Notes under the pieces: model-generated
Told to the model about the DNA's origin: nothing
Database searches by the model: none
The model's input: the letters and a program-made list of their open reading frames with translations, nothing else
Shown here: positions 1 through 10,700 of the stretch, piece after piece
Layout of the letters: each line of letters begins with the position of its first letter
Position numbering within the stretch: the stretch's first letter is position 1
Origin: Callorhinchus milii
Lineage: Eukaryota
DNA length: 64,000 nt
Assembly: GCF_018977255.1 (NCBI RefSeq)
Contig: NW_024704742.1
Span: 115,136,001-115,200,000, forward strand
Reading direction: 5' to 3'
Position numbers and translations under genes: made by a program

Positions 1-2280
1 CATTACCAAAATTAGTGGCATTCAAGAGGCCTTATTACAATGCAATTAACCCTTTACCAGGACAGAACCAAAGACTGTCTGTGTTCTTAATAGTAGGATG
101 TCCAAGTATTCATTTCCTCCAATTTATACAGTTCTGTGAACTCATAATTGATTAAAAGCCTTAAGATGTTTTGTATAAAAAAGCAATTTTAATGTTTTGC
201 AGGTATTGATGATTTGTTAGTTATCTGTTGATTTAATTCTCATTGACTTGAGCCAGCCCATTGACTTACAGGAGTTGAATGGAAGTTTTTTTTTGCACTA
301 CTTTAGCTGTGCACATCTAAGTGCCTGACATGCAAAGCTTTATATTTCCCTTCCCTTGATCAAATACTTTAAACTGCAGGTTTAACTTTCTTCCAATTAT
401 TGTATATAACTTTTTTTTAAAAATGGAATCCAATTCGAATTACCATGCACCACAAGAACTCTACTCTAGAAGTGAGAAATGTCTTGTGTAGTGTCCTTTT
501 TTGCATAACTCTGATTCTTTATTAAAAGGGGTTAAGAAATCTCACAAACTAGATCCCATTATGTGCTACACAAGTTGACTTTAATATTTTATTAAAAAAA
601 GTAAAATCTAGTTTTTAAACAATTCTTTTTATGTATGATTGTAAATAAATTTTACAGAAAACAAATTGCTCTGTTGACCATATCAGTACCTTTCAAGAAG
701 TTAACCAACTGTAGTTTTTAGCTGTTTATTATGCATCAAACTCAGTTCTCCTTTCATTGGTAGAGTATACTGTATTATGGGGTGTGGGTACAAAAGAAAC
801 TAATATTTTAAGTTTATGGTTTACAACTGGAACCAGTTGATACAATACTGCTCATAACATCAGCTACATCTGTACTGAGAAAAATAAATTGTATCATGGG
901 TTTTAAATAATTCTTAATCATCTGTCCTGTCTTATTTTGCTCATTTGAGTTTCATACTTGTATTGGAATTCTGTATAGTTGTATACCACAAAACTGAGTT
1001 AATCGAGTTCTTCAATACTAAATATCTTAAGGATGTGTCCTGCTAATGGCCACTGAGAGGGTGCTTTTTCGGGACAGTTAGCATTGAGTGAAGTTTCCAT
1101 CATTCCATCAATTTATTTCTGGAATTTCCATGTATAGTAGGATGCATGGAATTCTCAGTTTGGTTTGGATGCTCTTGCATGGTAACTGGTTTCTGCATGT
1201 GTCTGTCACCTGGCTGACCAAAAAAAGTTTCCACAGGGAAAGAATGCATCTTGCCACTTGTTTAAAAGATGAGAGAGAACCGCTATACCTTTTTTGTGGC
1301 TGGATAATCTAGTGCACTCACATCTCAAGGGATCCATATTTGTAAAAGGTATTCCTGTGATTGTCACAACTGACTAAAAGGGAAATGGAGGCTCCTTGGT
1401 AGGGCAAGATCCCTTGCTCTGTCATTAAGAAATATTGAAGATTAGATCCTCTCAACTAGTACTTTAATGCATTCTTTCTCTCTGGAAACTCCACTCAGTG
1501 GAAATTCCTTGACCATTCCTTCTTCTCAGTGATCATCAGTATGACACTTCCTTATAGATCTCAATTTACTCCATTTGTGGTTTATAACTTTATTGCAAAA
1601 CAAAACCTCACAATTCTGCTCAAGCACTGCCAACTTGTGCTAGGCTCAGAAAATCACCTGTTTTGAGAAATAAATGAACAATGGAAGATCTGTTTTAATA
1701 CTCAAATGGTGTTGCTGTATCTGGGAAGATGTTTGCTGTGTTCCTCACGTTCCTGATCGTGCTTTTTTAAAAGTCCGGCTATTTTATAAGGTGATCCTTT
1801 CTCTTGTGTATATCCACCACTGTGTCTTTCCATTGCAGCCTTTTTTTCATCAACCGATAAGCAAAATATCCAGGAATTTCAGCCCAGTGCTCTATTTCCA
1901 CTGCTTCCATCACAGCCCCATGTCTTCAGATTCCAGTCTGTTGATGTCATTCAAAATGGAATAACAGAACCTACTATAAAATCCAAAAGACTCTCATCCC
2001 ACACTGGGATCACTGACACTCACTGTTCTTACCACCTTCAGCTGACATTTATCTGATCTGACAATAAAATGTCTTGACACCGTTTCCAAATCCTGGTGTT
2101 TGATTAAAATTTTGAGACCCTAATTTCCTACCGTGCTTTCTATCCCTCTGCTTCCTCATCTGCCTTCCCCCCCTCCCCCACTCCGACCCTCAGCTCGGGT
2201 CCATGACTCTGACTGTCCTGCGCCTTGGGACATCCTCCCAACGTGAAAGGCGCTATATGAATGTAATTTTGTTGTTGTAC

Positions 2281-2540
2281 CTCCAGGAGTCATTTCCAGG
2301 GGCCAAGGACTATTCCCCACCCATCCCCCCAGCCTTGGCTCCTGCACCTAATACTTTCCGGAATTAGATAAGCAGGATTTGTCCCTCCAGCGAGAGAGTG
2401 CACATTCCATTCCAACAATCTATCTCTGGGATTTCCATGTGTAGATGAGAAGCATGCTAATCTCAGTTTGGTTTGTATACTCTTAAGCATGGTTTCTGCA
2501 TGTGTCAGACACCTTGCTGACTAAAAAATAATAAAAAAAA
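2281..2540. repeat. Unclassified interspersed repeat, copy of A-run-terminated module
   Basis: Homologous to 1100-1226, 19116-19353 and 26696-26936 (CATTCCATTCCAA..GGAATTTCCATGTGTAG..CAGTTTGGTTTGGATA..GCTGAC-An). Confidence 0.8.
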
Positions 2541-3414
2541 GTGAATATTCAGTAAATATTGTGTATATGTTTATATACTCTTTAAAGTTTTGAGACTTTA
2601 AATACAATTATTTTAACATTTCACTCTTGGTTTTTAACAATTGTAACATTTCTTAACTTTTTAAAACTTTTTAACATTTCTCTTTCGTAATAGCCGGGGC
2701 AGGTCACACCCACCCAAAATAATGTTAGTTGATTGGTGGATAGCTTTTCTGGGGACAATAATCTTTTCCAAAAAAATGTGGTCACTCAATTCCACAGTTG
2801 TTTGTGGGACACTGCTGCGTGCAATTGGTTGCCACATTTCACCGAAAAAATATACAGTATGTTCTGTGAAGCGCTTTGAGATGTCTTGATGTGATGAGGT
2901 GCTAATTCAAATGCAAGGATTATTAGTAATATGTAACCTGGCTAACAATCCTGCAGATTCCAATTAAAAAAGTAATCAAAACTTCAAACTAAAATTCCCT
3001 TACCACCTATTGACAAGACAAGACAGCTATAGTATGTGATGTCTTTGCTGATAAATTCACTATTGTGTTAAATTTAGCTCGATTGGCTCCAGCCTTCTGG
3101 ATGTCTCTCATGTCCTCTGTTCCACTATTGGTGGCCGCACTTCCAGCCACTACGCCCTGAAACTCTGGAACACTCCAACTCTATCCCTCCACCTTGCCCC
3201 TTCCTTCCCCATCTTCAGGTTGTGTCTGAAGACCTTTCTATTCGCCCGTGCCTATGGTCACCTCCCCCTCCTCCCCCCGGCTCAAAGTCGTGCTTCACCA
3301 CTGTCAAGGGTTCTGGGACACTACCCTGCATGAGGGACGCTATATAAATGCAAGTTGTTGTGGGATCATTTAAAATAAGAACCTGTATAATTTTCAACAG
3401 GGTTCACCAGATAG

Positions 3415-5320
3415 TATAACAGCAACAAATTACATTTGTATAGCGCCTTTCACATCGGGAGGACGTCCCAAGGCGCTGGACAATCAGTGTTTCGGACTCG
3501 AGCTGGGGGTTGGGGAGGGGGGAGGGCTGGGGGGGAAGGAGGGTGACCAAAGGCACAGTTGAAGAGGAGGGTCTTGAGATCGGTCTTGAAATAGGCAAGG
3601 AAGGAGGTGAGGCGGAGAGACTGCAGGATGGAGTTCCAGAGGATGGGGGCAGAGCGGCTGAAGTCCCACTCACCAATGGTGGAGCGGGTGAGGCAGGGAA
3701 CGTGAAGCGGGCCAGAGCCCGCTGAGCGGAGGGAGCGGGCAGGTTGGAAGAGGGTTAGGAGGTCGCAGATGCAGGGGGGAGCAACAACAACAACAAGATT
3801 ACGTTTATATAACGCCTTTCACGTCGGGAGGATGTCCCAAGGCGCTGGACAGAGTACAGCATTTCAGACCCGGGTTGGGGCGCGAAGGGGGGGAGGGGAA
3901 GGGGGGTCAATGGCATGGTCAAAGCGGAGGGTCTTGAGGCGGGACTTGAAGGAGGCTAAGGAGGGGGCGAGGCGGAGTGACTGGGGGATGGAATTCCAGA
4001 GGTTGTGGGCAGAGTGGCTGAATGCTCTTCCGCCAATGGTGGGGCGGGTGGGTCGGGGGACGTGGAGCAGGCCAGAGCCAGCTGAGCGGAGGGAACGGGC
4101 GGGTTGGTAGGAGGTTAGGAGGTTGCAGAGGTAGGGTGGGGCGAGGCCATGGAGGGCTTTGTGTATGAGGACCAGGATCTTGAACTCGATCCTCTGAAGG
4201 ATGGAGAGCAAATGGAGTCGGGCAAGAGTGGGGGAGATGGGGTCACGGAGTTTGGTGCGGAAGAGGATACGGGCTGCAGAGTTCTGGATTACGTGCAGCC
4301 TGTGGAGGGAGGAGATGGAAAGGCCGACAAGTAGGGCATTTGCATAGTCGAGCCTGGAGGTGATGAAGGCATGAACAAGAGTTTCAGCGGCCTGAGGGGT
4401 GAGGTAGTGGTGTAGTCAGGTGATGTTACGGAGGTGAGGGAAGGCAGAGCGGGTCATGGCTTGAATGTGGGGGAGAAAGGACAGTTGAGGGTCGAACAAG
4501 ACACCTAGGTTGCTGGCTGGCTTGGTGAGTTGTAGTGTGCAACCATGGAGGTTGATGTTGCCAGAGCCTGAGGTGCAGAGGCGCTGGCGCGAGCCAATCG
4601 GAAGGGCATCAGTCTTGTTCACATTCAACTGTAGGTAATTTGGTCTCATCCAGGATTTGATGTCCGACAGGCAGTCTGTCAGGACAGCAGTGGTCCTGGA
4701 GTTGAGGGTGGAGGCAGAAAATAGAGTTGGGTGTCATCCGCATTACATGTGGAAGTTGACCCCATATCTGCGGATGATGTCACCAAGGGGAAGCATGTAG
4801 ATATTACAGAGAAGAGGGCCAAGGACAGAGCCCTGGGGTACGCCAGATGTGACAGTGCGGGGGCTGGAGGAGAAACCGTTAGAGGCAACAAAGTAGAACA
4901 AGGCCATGGAGAGTTTTGAAGGTGAGAACCAGGATCTTGAACTGTATCCGCTGTGTGATGGGAAGCCAGTGGAGTTGGGCGAGGATAGGGGTGATAGGGT
5001 CATGGAGCCTGGTATGGGAAAGGACACGGACTGCAGAGTTCTGGATGATCTGCAGCCTATGGAGGGAACAGTTGGGGAGGCCAACAAGCAGGGAGTTTGC
5101 ATAGTCAAGTCTGGATGTTATGAATGTGTGTATGAGGGTTTCGGTGGCATACGGTGTGAGACAGTGGCAGAGCCGGGCGATGTTGCGGAGGTGGGGGAAG
5201 GCAGAGCGGGACATGGCATGGATGTGGGGTAGAAAGGATAGTTGAGGGTCAAACAAAACGCCAAAGTTCCAGACTGGATCAGTGAGGTGGAATGTGCATC
5301 CTTGGATGGTGATGCTGTCA
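3415..5320 (-). mobile_element. Decayed L2 LINE 3' fragments: one copy (~3783-4898) nested in another (3415-3782 plus 4899-5320)
   Basis: Minus-strand frames [39 protein letters not shown]; (CAA)n tails at ~3420 and ~3783. Confidence 0.9.
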
Positions 5321-5369
5321 AAATTCAGAAGGTTGTGGATTCAAGCACCATATCGGGTCACTTTGAGCT

Positions 5370-5560
5370 TTAGGCTGACGCTCCAAAGCAATGCTGGGAG
5401 AGTGCTTCTGCAATGTCAGACGTTCTTTAGATGAGATGTTAAAGCAAGGTTCCTTCTGCTTGTTCAGATGGACGTTAAAGATCCTATGGCACTATTTGAA
5501 AAGCGAAACAAATTTCTCTCGGTGTTCTGGTCAACAATCCTCTAGATTTTCAAAAAAAGT
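5370..5560 (+). mobile_element. Old Deu-domain-type SINE fragment (AmnSINE/SacSINE-like)
   Basis: GGACGTTAAAGATCCTATGGCACTATTTGAA...GGTGTTCTGGTCAACA core; homologous pieces at ~14100 (-), ~19360 and ~56780. The family name is from recall. Confidence 0.6.
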
Positions 5561-6384
5561 GCTTTCACTTCATGGCTATTTGGATGCTCTTCATTTTCCC
5601 ACAGGCATTGAAAATACTTTAATTAGGTTTGTTCATATGCATGCAAAATAAAGTTGAACCATTTTCAGTGGCAGGTGGAGAATCTTGCAACAGATAGAAA
5701 TAATTGCCTTGTATATAGCAGTGCATTTATTGTTCAAGTAAAAAGAATATTTTAAATGTTAGGTGAAACAGTATATAAAATATAGCTTTAGATAGACTGC
5801 TTATTAAGGAAAAACAAGAAGCTGCTTTAACACTCAGGTTGGAGATGGCAACATATAGAGCAGGTAAGTGTTTGAGACACACCCACAAAGATTCAAGCTC
5901 TTTTGTTTGGTGTTTTGAGAGTGGTCCAACCAGTTTAGCAGCAACTAAGCCAGTTGGAAAGATACGATCTCTGGTTTTCTGACAACCTGTTTATTCCCAG
6001 AAACACAGGAGATTTTGTTTGGTTGGGGGAGGAGATGTAGTCTGTAGGGAACAAATGAAATCAAAATCAATAATTCATTTGGAAATAGATTAAAATTTAC
6101 AGCAGTAAAAAGACTTCAATGAGTTGAGAGATTTATGGATATGGATTTTATTAGAATTTACCTTAAGGTAGAATGGATCTTAAAAATCTGATTTTTTAAA
6201 AAAAAACATGTTGGCAATATAGAGACCAAAAATGTGCTGCAGGGGCTTCCAGTAGATCTGAAACTCACGTTTTAAGTTTCCTCCCCCCTTTTCCCAGGGT
6301 GTGAGAGAAACTATGGTAAAAAGAGAATGATTTATCTCAAACTGGTTTCAGTCCATCCACCTTTCCTGTTTGGGTGTTTTGGTC

Positions 6385-6670
6385 GAGTCCTGTAGCTCAG
6401 TGGTTAGAGCACTCGCTTTGCAAGTGAGAGACCTGAGTTCAATTCCAGGCACAGGGCGAAACCTTGGGCAAGTTTCCTTACTCCACACACCTAATAATAA
6501 TCCCTCCAAAACCAAAAACAATAATAAATTGGTCATTTTGAATCCACGACTGTTTGTGGGACATCGCTGTGTGCAATTGGCTGCCACGTTCGCCCACAAA
6601 TATACAGTCAATTCACTTTACAGTGTGTTCTGTGTATATCAAACGCAAGGATTATTATTATTGTTATTAT
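6385..6670 (+). mobile_element. tRNA-derived SINE, full copy
   Basis: A box TAGCTCAGTGG, B box GTTCAATTCC, shared body, GCAAGGATT(ATT)n tail. Confidence 0.9.
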
Positions 6671-7189
6671 CCATTGGGTAATCCTCCACTCATGAGTCTC
6701 ATGTGTCATGATCTCTTGAGGCTGATCAAATGATTATGCTGAGACACTCCTACCAATCAGATATGTTTTTGTCCTTCAAACATTTTTAACAAACATAGCA
6801 GCACTGTGCACTTCACAATCCCAGACTATACTGTCCTCCTGATGGTGGTGTTTTGTGGAGTTTTTCCAAGCCACAGTGAATCATTGTGTTGTTAGTTGCG
6901 TGTGGTTGTGTTACCCAGGATGAGGAGACACCTTCAGCACAAGTGATTCACCTCAAAGGAACAAGTGGCAGAGTCGCACTAAGTAAGTCACGGGGCGACA
7001 AGGAGAGGAGCAACTTATATCATGTACATATATGTATTGTATATATATATACATATATATATATATACATACATAAAATAGTGGTTATATCAGAAATACT
7101 TCAACACTGGCTATTTGGCTTGAAAAACTCAAATGATAAGCGGTTCAGGTCAAAATGTGAACCATTTGTTGAATGAATAAATAAGTGGG

Positions 7190-7423
7190 GGCTGTGGGGT
7201 GATTGGCAGCTTCAGCAGCGATACAGTGCTGGTGTGGGGTGGAGAGGAGAGAGCGGATACCTGTGTGGCAGAGCAGAGAGGTGCGGACAGGGAGGGAGGG
7301 GCTGCACGGCACCGCTGGGGGGGGGGGGGGGGTTGAGCTGCACCAGGTCGCGTTGGAGAGCGGGTCTGTGGGGGAGCAGCAGCTCAGCTTTCAGTGGCGG
7401 CTGCAGGTGCGCCACAGCGAAAG
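7190..7423 (+). promoter_or_regulatory. OCLN: OCLN GC-rich promoter and probable non-coding exon 1; exon 2 starts at 7605
   Basis: Local GC/CpG-rich patch ending in donor AAG|GTAATG (7423/7424). A (CT)n tract plus CAG acceptor at 7604 opens the ATG-containing exon. The TSS is not defined from sequence. Confidence 0.6.
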
Positions 7424-7767
7424 GTAATGTTTTTACATTCTTGCACCGTGGACCTGAGTGGTGCACAGTCCGCGCACCGAGAGAAGCCAAATAATCAGCG
7501 GACACCTGTGTGGCACTCGTGCACTGAGTAAATGGAAGGATTATGAGGGCTATTTAAAATCCCAACAAAGCTCTCTCTCTCTCTCTCTGTGCCCTGTACT
7601 GCAGGTTTTGGGAGGAGAGGAGGAGTTGGTGCATCTGTTTTCCTCGGACTCCGCTGAACGTTTTGCTGCTGTCTGTGGAGCGGTGACATCGCCCCCCACA
7701 CACACAGCAGAAAAAAAGGATTCGACTTGTTTTTGGCCCCAAAAAAGTTTATTTTCCGACTTAAAAG

Positions 7768-10700
7768 ATGTCGGGGAGGACATTGGGCAGTCCCCCGCCC
7801 TACCACTCGGGCAGCGAGTACCAGTGAGTATCAGTTTACATCCTTTTCTGACCTCCTTTCCCCCTTTTAACCCTCTTTTTTCCTTCTTTAACCCTCTTTT
7901 TTCCTTCCTTAACCCTCTTTTTTCCTTTTTTAACCCTCTTTTCCTTCCTTAACCCTCTTTTTTCCTTTTTTAACCCTCTTTTCCTTCCTTAACCCTCTTT
8001 TTCCTTCCTTAACCCTCTTTTTTCCTTTTTTAACCCTCTTTTCCTTCCTTAACCCTCTTTTTCCTTCCTTAACCCTCTTTTTCCTTCCTTAACCCTCTTT
8101 TTCCTTCCTTAACCCTCTTTTTCCTTCCTTAACCCTCTTTTTCCTTTCCTTTTTTCCTTTTAACCCTCTTTTTCCTTCCTTAACCCTCTTTTTCCTTCCT
8201 TAACCCTCTTTTTTTTTTCCTTCCTTAACCCTCTTTTTCCTTCCTTAACCCTCTTTTTCCTTCCTTAACCCTCTTTTCCTTCCTTAACCCTCTTTTTCCT
8301 TCCTTAACCCTCTTTTTCCTTCCTTAACCCTCTTTTTCCTTCCTTAACCCTCTTTTTCCTTCCTTAACCCTCTTTTTCCTTCCTTAACCCTCTTTTTCCT
8401 TCCTTAACCCTCTTTTTCCTTCCTTAACCCTCTTTTTTCCTTCCTTAACCCTCTTTTTTCCTTCCTTAACCCTCTTTTTTCCTTCCTTAACCCTCTTTTT
8501 TCCTTCCTTAACCCTCTTTTTCTTCCTTCTTTTTTCCTTCCTTAACCCTCTTTTTTCCTTCCTTAACCCTCTTTTTTCCTTCCTTAACCCTCTTTTTTCC
8601 TTCCTTAACCCTCTTTTTTCCTTCCTTAACCCTCTTTTTTCCTTCCTTAACCCTCTTTTTTCCTTCCTTAACCCTCTTTTTTCCTTCTTAACCCTCTTTT
8701 TTTTTTCTTTTTCCTTCCTTAACCCTCTTTTTCCTTCCTTAACCCTCTTTTTTCCTTCCTTAACCCTCTTTTTTCCTTCCTTAACCCTCTTTTTTCCTTC
8801 CTTAACCCTCTTTTTTCCTTCCTTAACCCTCTTTTTTCCTTCCTTAACCCTCTTTTTTCCTTCCTTAACCCTCTTTTTTCCTTCCTTAACCCTCTTTTTT
8901 CCTTCTTTAACCCTCTTTTCTCCTTTTTTTAACCCTCTTTTTCCTTCCTTAACCCTCTTTTTCCTTCCTTAACCCTCTTTTTTCCTTCCTTAACCCTCTT
9001 TTTTCCTTCCTTAACCCTCTTTTTCCTTCCTTAACCCTCTTTTTCCTTCCTTAACCCTCTTTTTCCTTCCTTAACCCTCTTTTTCCTTCCTTAACCCTCT
9101 TTTTCCTTCCTTAACCCTCTTTTTTCCTTCCTTAACCCTCTTTTTTCCTTTTTTAGCCCCTTTTTCCTTTTTTAACCCTCTTTCTCCCCCTTTTTAGTCC
9201 TCTTTTGCCATCAGAGTGTGTTGTAACCCAGAATATCCAGCTGGAGTTTCTGATGCTTTTCCCCCCTCCCCACTCAATCAAGTGGTTCATGTGTTTTCAA
9301 ACTGGATGTTAACAGGTTTAGGTGTAGCAGTGCCCTGGGGTGTTGATCATATGAGCAGGTAGTTACATGTAACTAGATTTTTTATGTTTTACACTTTTTT
9401 CACCTGTACGGTCAAAATAACTGCCTTTACAACAAAATCACATAGAGTGGATTAATAGCACGCAGATAACTGGCAATATTGACTAACTGACAAGATTTGA
9501 TATCTCACTTAATGAACTTTGTTTCAAGCTTTTGCTGCTCTCAACTCAACCACTCAAGGTACTGTATATCACACAGTGCACAGTCAAGATGGCTGGCTGC
9601 ATGCCATTGTGTATTATCCTCTGGGGTCCACACCTTGACTCGCAGTGTTTGGTTTCACTGCCAGGTTAATATTGCTTGTGGATCCACACCTAGAATGAGA
9701 AACTGCTGCTGGAAAGCTGGATCATCGTGCGATTGATCCGTTTAGTATATTGTCACATTTAGTAGAAAGAGGAGTTTCACCCCTGCCAGGCCAGAAATTA
9801 ACACCATAACAATCATTGTCTAATGGAATACATTTTGCTTCCTGCACCTTGTTCAGGGGGGACTCAAAACCTAATATGTTGATAGCCCCTTCCAACTGTT
9901 TCTACAAAGGTATTTTAACCAACTAATTCAGAAGTCCCATGAAGTAATATTTTCTCAATTTCCCTCATAATATTTGTAAATAATATACAGTATGTTCAGT
10001 GCGCATTCCCCACTTCCCCCAGGCTCACATAAGAATGCTCCAAAAATTCCCCGAAATAGGTTTAATCTTGCTTAGTAAGCCATATAGGTGAAAAGATTCC
10101 AGGTTATGACTTTTGATTTGTGCTGAGTTATTTGATCTCAGGATGCAACAACAAATTACATTTGGATAATGTCTTTCATGTCAGGAGGATGTCCCAAGGT
10201 GCTGGACAGTCAAGGATTTGCACCTGAATTGGGGGGTTTGGATTAGGAGGGTTGGAGGGCAGGGAGGGTGGGAGTAGTTGATGTGTTGCAGTTGGTTTTA
10301 GTGCCTTTGGGGTTAGAGAGGTCAACCATTGGCTTGGTTTCTTCTCCTGAGTACTATCTAGTGATGACTATCTGTAATCTTTTAATTTGCATTTCGCCCA
10401 CAAAATACAGTCACTCCACTACAATATATGTGAAGCGCTTTGAGATGTCTCCACAACATAAGGCGGTATATCAAATGCAAGGAATATTATTATTAATTGT
10501 AATTGCAAGTCTTTTATGTATCCTTTATCAACTGTAATGACTTGGGATGACCTGCTTCAAAGCTGGGGTAGACAATGGTCCATTTAGGTTAAATGCAAAA
10601 TATCAAAGGAGAATTAATCATTGGAAGGAGTATTTGGATTATTGCATGTTTTACCTTCTGAATTATGAATACTTGTTCATTTTTATTGTTTCCCACTCCA

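Noticed and set aside
6385..6455. tRNA-Ala(TGC)-like sequence (also ~23985, 39255, 54790, 62405, 63460)
   Set aside because: These are SINE heads: no intact acceptor stem, the anticodon varies between copies, and each is followed by the SINE body.
7860..9185. CRISPR-like array or interstitial telomere
   Set aside because: No unique spacers and no tandem (TTAGGG)n; it is a minisatellite.
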